A stretch of 64,000 nucleotides of DNA, taken from NCBI RefSeq assembly GCF_028641065.1, contig NC_073404.1, positions 14,136,001-14,200,000 of the forward strand, written 5' to 3'. Under the pieces are notes generated by a model. The model saw nothing but the letters and a program-made list of their open reading frames with translations. It ran no database searches and was not told where the DNA came from. Below are positions 51,845 to 64,000 of the stretch, in pieces (the stretch's first letter is position 1; every line of letters starts with the position of its first letter). A program made the position numbers and the translations under genes. The stretch comes from Leucoraja erinacea (lineage: Eukaryota).

Positions 51845-52800
51845 TCGCCACAGAATTGAGTGAAAGGGGGGAGATTAGTGCAGCGAGACCTGGGTGTCTA
51901 TTGGAAAACACCCGTCATTGCGGTAGGCATGCATAGTGCAGCAGGCCAGTAAAGGAAGCCCAATAGGGGATATCGTTAGCTTCCATTGCAAACAAAAAGC
52001 GATTTGAGATGGGCTAATGGATGACAGGGAAGGCTTTCTAGACTGCGTTGTACAGGTTCTTGGTGAGACACCACACCGGGATATTGCGTTACATTTTTTT
52101 GGTCTCCAAATTCTGAAGGAAAGATAGGGGACAGTTATTGCCATATAGAGGGAGTGCAGAGAAGAGACGGTTTCAACAGACTGATTCCTGGGATGTCAGG
52201 ACTTTCATATGAAGAAAGACTGGATAGATTGGTTTTATACTCTCTAGAATTTAGAAGATTGACGAGGGGCGATCTATTGAAACTTACAAAAAAGCTTTAA
52301 TGGGGCTACGAAAGGGGAGAGCTTTGATCCGGCTAATGACAAGGAAGATGTTTCCCGGAGTGTGATGGAAGTCCCGGGACACGGGGGGTCCAGCTCTTAA
52401 GGAAGCTCGGAGGATAAGGGAAAGAAAAAAAATTTTGTTCCCCCTTTTCTTTAAAAACCGGATGAGGAAGAACTTGTTTTCACACAGAGAGTGGTGAATC
52501 TCTGGAACTCTCTGCCACAGAGGGTAGTGAGGCACGTTCATTGGCTATCATTTAAGAGGTGAGTTTAGTATGTGGCCCGTGTGGCTAAGGGGGTCAGGGG
52601 AGTATGGAGAGAAGGGCAGGTAGCGGATACTGTTGGTGATCACCCATGATCATATTGAGGCGTGGGCAGCCTCGAAGGGCACAATGGCCTTACTCCTGCA
52701 CCGTAATTTTCTAGGTTTCATTCATCCGTGATCCAATTGAATGGAGAATGGTGCAGGCTCGAGGCCGAATGGCCTACTACTGGCACTTATTTCCTTGTTC
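51845..52800 (+). mobile_element. CR1 LINE 3' region (low-quality sequence)
   Basis: Recognisable CR1 ORF2 end and 3' UTR with many indels; a second fragment lies at about 53597-53880. Confidence 0.7.
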
Positions 52801-52809
52801 TCAGTGTCC

Positions 52810-54200
52810 CCTCATCCTCAAAACACCTCTCCTCTGCCACCCATCCGCCTCCCCACCCCCCCCTCCCTCCTCTACCCACCCCCACCCTCTCTAACTACTG
52901 ACACTTAATTCCCCTACACCTCTGTCCCTCTCCCTCACCAGCTCTCACATACCGTCTGACGAAGAGAGCCCAGTCTTATCTCGCCTCCCTCCCTCCCACT
53001 CTTTTTCCTGCTAGACCACCTCCCACCTCTTAACTCCACCCCCTCTCCGCACCCCTCTCCATCCCTCTGCTAACCCACTCCCGCCTTTACCGAGCTACTA
53101 CCCACGTTCCCCTACCTACCACCTCCCACAAGACGACCCGTTCCACTTCCTCGTCCCACTCTGTGACGCTCACCTCTCCTCACCACCCTCCAAACCTCCA
53201 TACATGTGGACTCACCCCACCCCTTCCCTCTCGTACCCCACCCCCTACCTTCTCTCCCCCCACACCCTTCCACTAACCCTGGTCCCTTTTCCCTCACTCC
53301 CGCTACCCCGCCCCCCACCCTCTCCCCACTCTTTCCCCGCTCCATTTACAGAGATCCACCACTATGGTGAAATGCTCTCTTTGGACTCCCCATTTTTCCC
53401 TCTCCCCCAACCAAACTCAAACCATCTATCATCCCATCAAAATCCGATAACTAAAATCAACCGCGAGTGCATACTACCGCCACGTGTCTCCGCGCGTTCC
53501 CTGCCCAAATCTGTATCCCGTTATCCCTCCTCCTCCGTACCCCCTCTCCACGACAGCCCCCCCGCCAAACAACGCCGGTTGGGGAAACACAGACCATAGA
53601 GGGAGTAAGTACAGAGAAGGTTCACCAGACTGAGTCCTGGGATGTCGGACTTTCAAATGAAGAAAAAGACTGGATAGACTTGGCTTTTAACTCGCTTAGA
53701 TTTTTAGAAGATTGAGGGGGATTCTTATAGAAACTTCAAAATTTCTTAAGGGTTGGAACATGCGAGATGCAGGAAGATGTACAGGATGCTGAGTTGGATG
53801 AACATCCTTGATCATATTGAATGGTGGTGCAGGCTCGAAGGGCCGAATGGCCTCCTACTGCACTTAATTTCTATGTTTCCCTCTCCTCTCACCCCTCTCC
53901 TCCTCACCCATCTCCCTCTCTCCCTCACCCCCTTCCCCTCTCTACCCCACCCCCCTTCCCTCTCTCCACCCGCCCCCTTCCCCCTACCCCTCTCCTCCTC
54001 CCTCTCACTCCCCACTCTTTACCGTCTCTCTCCACCCCTCTCCCCCTCCTCCACTCCCTCCCCATCCCCACCCGCCCCCACATCTCTCTCCCCATCCCCC
54101 TCTCTCACCCCCTACCCCCCTCCCCTTTCCCTCCCAAATCTGTCATGTTTCCTCCTCCTCCTCTCCCCTCCCTCCCGTCTTCTCCCCCCCCCCCCCCCAC
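52810..54200. repeat. C/T-rich low-complexity tracts
   Basis: Seen directly. Confidence 0.85.
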
Positions 54201-54320
54201 CTGTGAGTTTGGGGGGTGGTTAATTTGAGTGTGATGCCACAGACCCTACTCCCCCCCCCCCCCCCCCTGCCTGCAAAGGCTGTTGGGGAATCAGACCCAA
54301 CGGGTCTGCACTTGGTCTAG
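54200..54320 (+). mobile_element. Helitron-like 3' terminus
   Basis: Hairpin CAGACCC-AAC-GGGTCTG, an 8-nt spacer, then CTAG|T at 54317-54321. Confidence 0.65.
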
Positions 54321-54389
54321 TATACATATAAATATATTGATTCATATATATATATATAAATATTAATTCATATATATATATATATATCA

Positions 54390-54425
<36 letters not shown>

Positions 54426-57400
54426 TATGAATTAATCTTTTTGCAAAACTGCATACCAAAATGTGACATCAGGGGTCAAATTTCAAATCCCTTAAAAAAA
54501 GTTGACAAAACACTTTATTGGGTTCACGACTAACATAGTATCAACAACAAATATAAGAAAAGATAACACATTGATAGCAAGTTTCCAAAAGTGGCATCAG
54601 AATACATAAATTCATTTTGTGTAACGGTTGTCGCCTGGTGTCCACCAGTCACCTGGTTGGCACAGTAAGTGCACGTATTTCTCATTCCTTTCTTTGTTTA
54701 TGAATACCACATGGAACAATAAAATTGCAAACACCATTTCCACTTCATTCATCTGATCATGTAGTGGAATACTGCATCCATCCGAGTGGACACCGCTACT
54801 CGCATTGCACATCATACACACATGTACGCTGCGGTGCACTAAAAAAAAACCTTCCGTTTTGGTTTCCCAGAAAACGAGCGCTACATTATTAGTGAAAACC
54901 AAGCATTTTCTCCGATGTGAACATTACCTTATTGATTTCAGCGACATAGATGGCAAATGCTTGATTTGGGCTTTTTTTAAATTGTAGATGAAATGTCTCC
55001 ATTATGGTCATCGTGAAGATTCCCAATGTTCACGTGACGGAATGAAGTTAGCAATTTTTTCCATGCAGAAGGTAAGCAAGAGGCAGTGCGTTGCCAAATT
55101 GAAACTTGGCTCGTTTTGATGACCAATTTATGTAATATATATATATATGTGATATAGATGTACGTCTGTGTGTGTGTATATTTCTCTGGTCTCTTTATCT
55201 ACCTATCCATCTGCCTATCTATAGATCTATAATTGAAATCCTAATATTGTGAATAAAATATCCATGAACACATGTCAAGATATTTTTCCATTCTATATTA
55301 GTGCATACATACCTAAAGTCAAATAACATACTTTTGCTTTTTTTGAGGCATAACAACACATTTGTGTATCAGCAATATATTGCATGAACGCCTGCAATTT
55401 CAAATAATTTTAAATTGAAATTCATGAACAAAGAAAACACTTTTTACTTTCTTCATTCTTTAGTAATATTTACATAATTTTGTGCATAAGATATACAATG
55501 TTGCAGTGTTTCGCATATCAGCTAACCAATCAGCTAAGTGATCTAAAATTCAATGTATTTCAAACAATGATAGCCCCACCCTTGCTTATCCCAAAGGACA
55601 ACATTTCCAAGTTATATACAATAATAAATAAAACGTCATTTGCACAGAGGGTCAATAGGGGCAGAGAGAGAGGGACAGCGAAAGAGAAGGGAGCAGAGAG
55701 AGAGAGGTGCAGAGAGAGAGGGGGCAGAGAGAGAGAGAAAGGGGCAGAGAGAGAGAGAGAAAGGGGCAGAGAGAGAGAGATGGGCAGAGAGAGAGAGATG
55801 GGCAGAGAGAGAGAGGAAGAAGGGAGGGAGAGAGAGAGAAGGGAGAGAGGACACCATCACTGTATTCAGTTGTGGTTGTTCACTCTGCATTGTAGGTGAG
55901 ATGGATGGTATCAGTATCATTCCACAGACCAGAAACATAATTTTTCCAATATACAAGGAATTCTATCCAGATATTGTGGCAGGTGTCCAATCTGAAGGAG
56001 GAAAGTGGAGTCACAATATTTCCAATCAATAGCCTTGAGACAGTATCCTGCTATCAACAGCCACAACAGCACATGAAAGCACTGCCGGGGACGCAGAGGT
56101 GGGTTAAAGGCCAGGTTAGAGCTAGCCCCACACAGGGTAGCGATTCCTAGCCTTTTTCTCGCCAACGTGCGCTCACTGGTAAACAAAATGGACGAACTCC
56201 GGCTAAGGATCACCTCCCACAACTGGATCAAAGACAGTATCCTGCTATCAACAGCCGTGAGACAAAACATCCCGAAGTCCTAGTCATTGTAGCCAGCGAC
56301 TTCAATCAAGCCAACCTCAGGGGTGTACTACCAAAGTACTATTAGCATGTCTCTTCCACCAGGGCCAGAACATCTTCGACCATCGCTACACATCAATAAA
56401 AGACATTTACCGCTCTGTTCGGCGGCCACTTTTCATGAAATCTTATCACCTGGCCGTGCTTCCACTCCCTGCCTAAAAAAAAAACCAAAAGAGGAGGATC
56501 CGGTGCAGTGAATTGTTCAATGCTTGTCGGTGGACATAGATGACATCCTAGGCAACTGCTTTGAGTCAGTAGACTATTCCATCTTCAGGGATTCTGCAGA
56601 CAACTTGAATTAGTATACCACTACCATGACGGACTTCATCTGCAAGTGTGTAGAGGAGTGCGTGCCAACAAAGACAATCTGAGTGTTCCCCAACTGGAAA
56701 GCATGGACGAACCATGAGATGCATTCACAGGCCAAGGCCATGTCCACTGCACACAAGTCAAGCAATCCTGAGCAGTACAAGAAAGCTCAATATAATTTTC
56801 GCTGTCATCAAGGATGTCAAGAGACAATTCCAGGACAAACTTGAGTCCCAATATAATAATTCAGATACCTGCAGAATGTGGCAAGGTCAGAATACCGAAA
56901 CTAGCCACAGAGTTACATCAGGCAACATCACTGGTGATACTGCGGCCCCACCTGATGAACATAATGTTTTCTATGCTCCCTTTGAGCAGAAGGTCAACAG
57001 GGTGATGAGTGATGACATCTATCCAATCAGACTCATTTATGCCTCTTCCCATGGTCAATGTTGTTGAAGTTAGCTTGGCCTTCCTGAGGGTGAAAGCAAC
57101 TGGCTGTATCCTTAGAAACTGCGTGGACCATACTGCAGGAGTATTCTTGGATTTCTTTCATCTCTCCCTACTGCATTCTCACCTGCTTCAGGAAGACCAC
57201 TATCATCCCAATGACAAAGAAAGCAAGCTCTCATGCCTTAATGACCACCGTACAGCAGACATCCATCCATCCAGGCTTTTGGAGGCTGACTCTGGAATGC
57301 ATCCAGTCTACCAATCAGCTTTGACCCACTGCAGTTCGCCTACCGCTGCAACAGGATGTGATAGATAGATCAAATAATTTATTATCAAGAAGCAACCTGT

Positions 57401-60400
57401 AAAGTAGAAGTTTAACAGATAGCCCACACACAATTTTAAGCAAGAAACTGTTTGTGGGGGACTCTGGGGGAGAGTTAATGGTGTCGAAACTGGCCTTATT
57501 GCCCGGGATGGTGAAATAAACAAGTCTAAATCAGTCATAGGCCAGAGATTAAAAAGTAAGAAAACTGGGAGGCTGCTGGAATTTTGGCTGTTGTGATTGT
57601 GTTTTTAATCAATCTGTTCCCTTTTTCCCTTTTGCTCCACCTGATGTACTCGTATTTGGTATGATTTATCTGGATAGTATGTGAACAACATTTTTCACTC
57701 TATCTTGGTACACACTAATAATAAACAAATACCAATACAGGACAAGTAGCAACTACAACTCACCAATAAGTCACATTTGTAGAATGTTACCTCTATGCCT
57801 CTTCCTGTCCTCACAGACGTTTGTGAATTGCTAACTTCTTCATCCACGTTGATGGAGAATCATTTTGCCCAAATGTCACATTTGTGTTGGAGCCTGCAAA
57901 GGACAATCCCTGTAACAATGGCTGACAATTCTTGAAGAAAATGATCAGAATGGTCAATCAGCTCTCTCCTTGCAATTATTTAAATGTATTTACCGTCTCA
58001 GTACTGCAGTTGTTCCTTCATTGGCAACCACGCCTTTAGCTGCACAGGTCACAGGCATTGGAATGCACCTCCATCAGTCCAAATAGAAGCAGGGGTGGGG
58101 GGGGGGGGGAGAGAAGTGGGAAGTGAGAAGGTAGCAAGGAAAATAGTTTGTTATATTCGTTCCAGTTCTGTTGATCCGAGCAGTGGAAGTTAAGATTTAG
58201 GCAGGACATTTATAAGGAGAGGGAGCTGGAGTGAGTATTGTCAGGGGAATGGGTAGATAATGTGGTGACAGGTAAATAGAGCAGTTGAGAGGAAAGAGTT
58301 TGAAATGGAGCACCAGAGTTTTCATTAAGGTAAGAGAAAGTGGGCAAGGGGGCACTTTGAGGGCGGTTGGGCAAAGTAGGAACAAAAGTGACAGGTAGTG
58401 GAACAACAGCATTGGAACGAGATAGGATGGATATAAAAGTCGTAGATGTGGTGTCTGCACACTTTGAACTGACGGATGGACATTCCACCAGATGACCTGG
58501 GATCACAGTGACTTCAGTGACTTCAGTCACTGTTTTACAACTAAAATAAAACAAAGTGAACTAAATTAGTAATGCTGATGTTCAGACTTACAATGCAGCT
58601 GGAACCATAAGAAGTCTATAAGACCATAACACATAGGAGCAGAAATAGACCATTCGACCTATCAAGTTAACTCCATCATTCAATCATAACTGATCTGTTT
58701 ATCTTTCTCAACCCCACTCTGCCTTCTCCCCCAACCTTTGAAACCGTTACTAATCAAAAACCTATAAATCTCTGCTTTAAAAATACTTAATGTCTTGCCT
58801 TCCTCAGCAATCTGTAGCAATGAATTCCACAGATTCACCACCCTCTGGCTAAAGAAAATCAATATATTTTTCAAGTGCGAGTGTCCCTAATAGGATCTGC
58901 ATTTATTGCCTATTTTCAATTGCCCTTGAGAAAGCGCAGGAGGACTATCATCTTGAACCATTGCAGTTCATCTGGTAAAGATCCTCACACAGCAGTGTAC
59001 ATTGCTGGGCCACTTCAGGATGTGAATTTGCTGCGGCCTGATGCCAGGCAGTAGAAATCCTCCCTCAAGGAGGTTCATTTAAATACCACAATAAAACCAG
59101 AAAATGCTGGAAATACTCAGCCGATCAGGCTACATCTGTAGGAAGAGAAATAGAGTTGAGATTTTAGGTCAAAGACCCTTCATTGGAACTGGAAAGTAAA
59201 AGAAGTGTTATCAGTCTGCAAAGCTTCAATCTAAATTTATCAGGATTATTTAAGGAAACGGGGATTGCTATATTATATTGTATTGCCCTATGTATATTAT
59301 AGATTGTGTATATTTCCATCACTGGTGAAATGGTTTATCTCATAGTGTTTTAATATCATACTGTATTTAAATAATAGATTGGCCAATAGATTACGTTGTC
59401 TCAAATTCTTTTTACAAGGCGATCTTACCTCGATAGCTGGTTACCGAACAACAGGGCAGTAAAGTTTCTCCAACATCCTTTGTGAAAAGGATTCTTGTCG
59501 CTTTGATATGTCCTCAAAATCTGTCAGCAAGAAAATCATATTGATCAGTCAATGGACAATAGAGAATAGGTGCAGGAGTCGGCCATTTGCCCCTACACGC
59601 CAGCGCCACCATCCACTGTGATCATGGCTGATCAACCACACAATCCGTACCCAGTTCCAGCCTTCTCCCCATACCCCTTGACTCCGCTTTCTTTAACAGC
59701 TTTATCTAACTCTCTTTTGAAAGCATCCAGAGAATTGGCCTGATGCAGAGAATTCCACAGATTCACAACTCTCTGGATGAAAACCACAGATGCACAACTC
59801 TCTGATTGAAAATCAGGTATTATCAGCAAAGTATAAAATAAATACATTCAGTGGGTGTTTCCAGTTGTTATTTCAGAGTTCCAGCACTGCAGTATTTTGA
59901 TTTTACACCAAGTGATGACTCCACTCCCTGTGGACCAGCAGGAGTAGGGACTTTTCTTCCCCACTCTGCACCCACAGCCCATCCCCCAGGCTCACATGGT
60001 AATTTATTGAAACAGCCCAGATCCAAATTGAACATCGTAACATTGCAGTTAATGACTTCAACAACTCAACTGATTTAAAATGGCGAACCTGTGCTTTATG
60101 GCAGGTAGCAAGACAAGGAATCACCACACCACTAAATCCAAAAGGTGATTCAGAAAACTCCTTTGCCATAACAGCAGGTGGTATTTTGAACAATAATTAA
60201 GGCAAATGACACGAATAGCTTCAAGGGAAGCCAGAGAAATACGCGAGTCATGGGATGAATAAATAAGGGTGGGGAGAGGCTCTTGTGAACCCTAAACACA
60301 GACTAGGTTAAATCCCTGTTTCTGTGTTTGAATGAAGTGAAAATTAAATTACAACTGTTATCTTTACTTTTACCTGCTCATACGTGGTCATTCCAGCTGC

Positions 60401-63400
60401 GATGAGGTAAGTGTGGAAAGCGAAAAAGAAAAATAACGGTACAGAAGCAAGAAGCAAAATTGTAGCAAGAATAAAACTGCAAAACATTATTAAGGAAAAT
60501 ATCATTTCTTGCAATCAACATCAAAAGAGACAAGTAAATTGTTTAATGAATCTTCAGCCAAGAAATTCTGCTAGAGATTTACCCCCTGGATTTTTACCTG
60601 AAAATGTTGTGCTTTATTTCGAGTTATTAATTCAAATGTTCACAAAACCGATCCAACTTTGCATTAAAAACGCTTGTTTATTTCCGCTGATGACGTGACA
60701 ATGGGTTGGCCTGCCGTCTGCTCGCACTGCGATTGATGTCACCTCCCACCCCTCCCTCATCCTCCCCCCCCCGTTGATCAAGATACCTGTCGACTGAAGA
60801 CACTTTTGCCCGATCGCGCGGCTTCGGTTTCCCGAGGCCCTCGAGCTTTGGTCGACGCACGCTCACGGCGTCGAGGAAAGAGATAAAAAAGATTTCCCCA
60901 CTCCCACATAATATGAATACTAAAGGGTCACTAAAAACACACAAGTAAACACAGACCAAAATAGCAAAAGAAAAAAAAGACGAGACAGGCTGTTGGCGCG
61001 GTTGCCCTGTATGGTGCCAGCATTGTAACCTAACATGTGAGGGCTGTCTTTAATCTGGGTGTTTATGGGGTGAAATGATGCAGGATCCATCACTGATACG
61101 TTAGGCTCAATAGGCTACTTCTGTACTGCTTAATTATCTGGAATGCTGGAGTCTAATTTATTAAGCACTTTGCAATGTGGGATATACTGTGCTAATAACT
61201 ACTGACAACATAACTTTCTTTCAAATGCCAGTAAAAGGATACGTTGTGATCTTGGATAGAAATAGTGCATTGGGATTTTTCACTAGAAAGATAGTGCAGA
61301 AGGAAAACATGAGAAGAAAATAGACAGTTAAGGAAAAGAGTAAAGTGTAGAAAAAACGATGATTTCTTTTCCCAATGCACTTTTTAAGAAAGAAACAGTG
61401 ATGGTCAAGATCCTGTTGACAACACAGAATTGACAATTTCAGTACTCAGCAATTTTTTGTACATTATATAAACCATTTCAATTGTTTTCTGATAGTTGTG
61501 TTAAAAATAATCTATCTTTAAAATTATTTTAATTCTCTGCCTTTTTCCCATTTTTATAGTCAGATCAGCTACACTTTGATCATCCAACAGCTCAACCAGC
61601 ACAATGCACCACAAAAAATCTCCCTGCTCATGACCTAAACGTAATTCGAATGAATTTGGGAAATTTTGGAAAAGATTTAATAGGAATGTGAGGGGCTTTT
61701 TATTTACACATAGAGTGGTGGGTATATGGAACAGGTGCCAAAGGCGGTACTTGAAGCAAATACTACAACCACATTTGGACAGGCATATGGATAGAAAAGG
61801 TTTAGAGGGACATGGGTCACATGTGGGCAGTTGGGATTAGGGTAGATGGGGCACCTTGGTGGGCAAATTGGATCAAAAGGCCTGTGTGCATGCTGTATGA
61901 CTCTGCCGAACAGAACACAACTGTGTGATTCTGGATTGTGCTATCTCCCACTAATTCATTCACAACAACTCAGCATCGTTGGCATGGCTAGCATGTATTG
62001 CTCATCTATAGCTACCCTCAAACTGGCTGACATGGTCCAGGGATCCCATAATGGGCAAGTGGAAACATTTACTTAACAAGGCCCTGTTCCGAACTGAGAG
62101 AAACGATCATGGTGTTATCTTCGGTCACTTTTTCAGGCCAAGTATTGCTTGAGGACATTTGTCTATAACTCTTTGTGGCAGCCTTGTTACAGAAAAACAG
62201 ATGCCCAAAATATTGCCCACGGACACTGTATATACTTTACCCACTGCTCTCCGAGCAGGCACTCTGAACTGCAGTGACCTTTCATAACTCCGAACAATCA
62301 ATCAAGGAGAATTCCTCAAAGAACAATGGATCAAATTTGTTCTAGATTTTACCTCTATACACACATCGCAGCTGTAGCAGTGTCGACATCTTGAGGGACG
62401 GTAGATCTTACAGATATGGCACCACTTGCTGGTAAATATGGTGCCATTGATCATCACCTCTGGTGCATCCAGAACCCCACTGACGTCGACAGAATCTGAA
62501 ACAAAAGGGAATTGAACTGTGAAGATGGAGGTCCATTAACTTGTGGTGACATTTCACAAACTACCTATACAGGGTAGGAGGTGAAAATGTCATTTACGGG
62601 CATTTTTAAAACATGATCCCATGTATGCTTCAAAGCAGTTATGGAAAAGGATAAAGTTTATCTTCAGGTTAAGCTAAAATGGAGAATGCTGATTTCAATA
62701 GTGCAAGTGAGCCCTCAGCAAAAGTAGATTGGGAGCAAATGTCAGCGGGTAAAACAATACCTGACGAGTGGGAGTCTTTTAAAAGCGATTTAGTGTTTAG
62801 GGACACTGTTTCCTGTTTCACTCAAACAACAAATGTCTTGCACTCCCACTCTCAGTGAAAGGGGCGCCGTCGAATGTAGCTGCCCTGCCAGCAGCTGTTA
62901 TTCCTTACACCCTTTACTTTATTTTTAGTGAGTTAACAGTGTTTGTTTTGGAGGTCTAATCTTTTATATGTGGGGGGTGAGGGGGCAGGGAAGGGGGAAA
63001 CTTTTTTTTTCTCAGTCCCTACCTGGTCGGAGATGCGACTTTTCTCTGAGCCGCATCTTCGCCCCTTCCTCACGGCCTACCACGGGCCTGGAGCGGCGTT
63101 TCCTGCTGGGACTTCAGTGGTGGCACAGCGCTGAAGCGCCATCACAGAGCGGGCGATGCCTTACCTGGGTCGCCGTGCGGTGGGCTGAGGAGTGCTGAGA
63201 CCGCCGATTACAACATTGCGGAGCTGCGTTCAGTGGAGCGTCCAGCTGCGGGGCTGCGCTGAACTTTAAACACTGCGGAGCCTGGGATCTCTCGCCGAGC
63301 TCCAACCAGTGCGGCCTGTGGCCTTCGGGAGCCGCATTCTCCGGGGAGGAAGCGGCCATTCCAGACACTCCAAGCCGCTGAGAGGGTTCTGCCCACGCCG

Positions 63401-64000
63401 GAGTTCCATCATCCGACGAGAGGGCCTGAAGCATAGGCTGCCGTAATGGCAACTGCGAAGGCCTCAAATAGGCCTGACCATGGGTGAGCAGGGGTTAGGA
63501 CTGGACTTTGTGCCTTCCCTCACAGTGGGAACCAATGTGGGGGCATGTTTTTATGTTTATAGGGAGGTTGCATGTAAGGTCATCGGGTCAAAGTGCGTGA
63601 CGCACAAGGAGCTCAATCCATGTGGAGGACATGGCAGCATCTGGCACACACTTAACACACGGAACGCGTACCTTATTACCTGTTAAAAAACGCCAAAATT
63701 GTCATTTTTTGTGCTATAAATATTTGTGGGTGCTGTCATTGAAAGTGGGAAGGTTTGCTCTGAACCCGAGCACCAAGGTGTAAGCGGCCGAAGGAGCACC
63801 CCTCGGGACAGCCCCCACTCTCCCACCCGGGGTCAGCGCTGTCCGGCCACAGCTGCCCTCCTCCCCGTCTCCCTCTGTGGGCCGCACTGTCACGGGGCTG
63901 TAGGTCGGCAGCGCCCACACATGGGGCCAAGCGGGGCCAGGATGGAGCGGGACCGGGGCCGAGGTCGGAGCGGGGCAACGTCAGCTACAGCAGAGTTGGG
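54321..64000. repeat. Segmental duplication unit, copy 4 (runs off the window)
   Basis: Collinear with 945-11694, continuing as 18612-18775; lacks about 1.2 kb including the right palindrome arm. Confidence 0.95.
58210..62495 (-). CDS. ZDHHC19: ZDHHC19-like palmitoyltransferase, copy 4 (exons 3-7 open; 5' exons outside the window)
   Basis: Exons 62495-62353, 61412-61243, 60476-60374, 59520-59429 and 58540-58210. Exons 3-6 match copy 2 in length and exon 7 is 9 bp longer. DHHC intact; RPPR>RPSR. Confidence 0.78.

Overview
Eukaryotic, repeat-rich vertebrate DNA. The SINE/LINE repertoire (HE1/V-SINE, CR1, L2, Rex1/Babar, Penelope-derived motifs) suggests a cartilaginous fish, probably a skate or ray; this is an inference. 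Most entries in the ORF track are spurious, and the real genes are spliced and on the minus strand. (1) A segmental-duplication array carries four copies (about 0.56-11.7 kb, 11.7-19 kb, 38.5-51.7 kb and 54.3-64 kb+) of a divergent ZDHHC19-like DHHC palmitoyltransferase. I reconstructed it by hand from GT-AG exons with consistent phases. Copy 2 (exons 2-7) and copy 4 (exons 3-7) are open. Copy 1 has DHHW in place of the catalytic DHHC. Copy 3 has indels near an assembly gap. (2) A damaged SUMF2 copy (28.4-38.3 kb) lacks visible exons 2, 3 and 5, has a stop in exon 4 and has a truncated last exon. Its surviving exons 1/6/7/8 join in frame and are also phase-compatible with the ZDHHC exon 2, whose own exon 1 I could not find, so a SUMF2-ZDHHC chimeric gene is possible (untested). 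(3) A roughly 1.36-kb imperfect palindrome lies in the distal part of the amplified unit. There are many transposon remnants, including an element with RSS-like ends, a Helitron 3' end and a minimal hammerhead motif. Two N gaps and low-quality sequence at about 48-54 kb limit conclusions there. No database searches were run, and exon numbering is by analogy to the human genes from memory.
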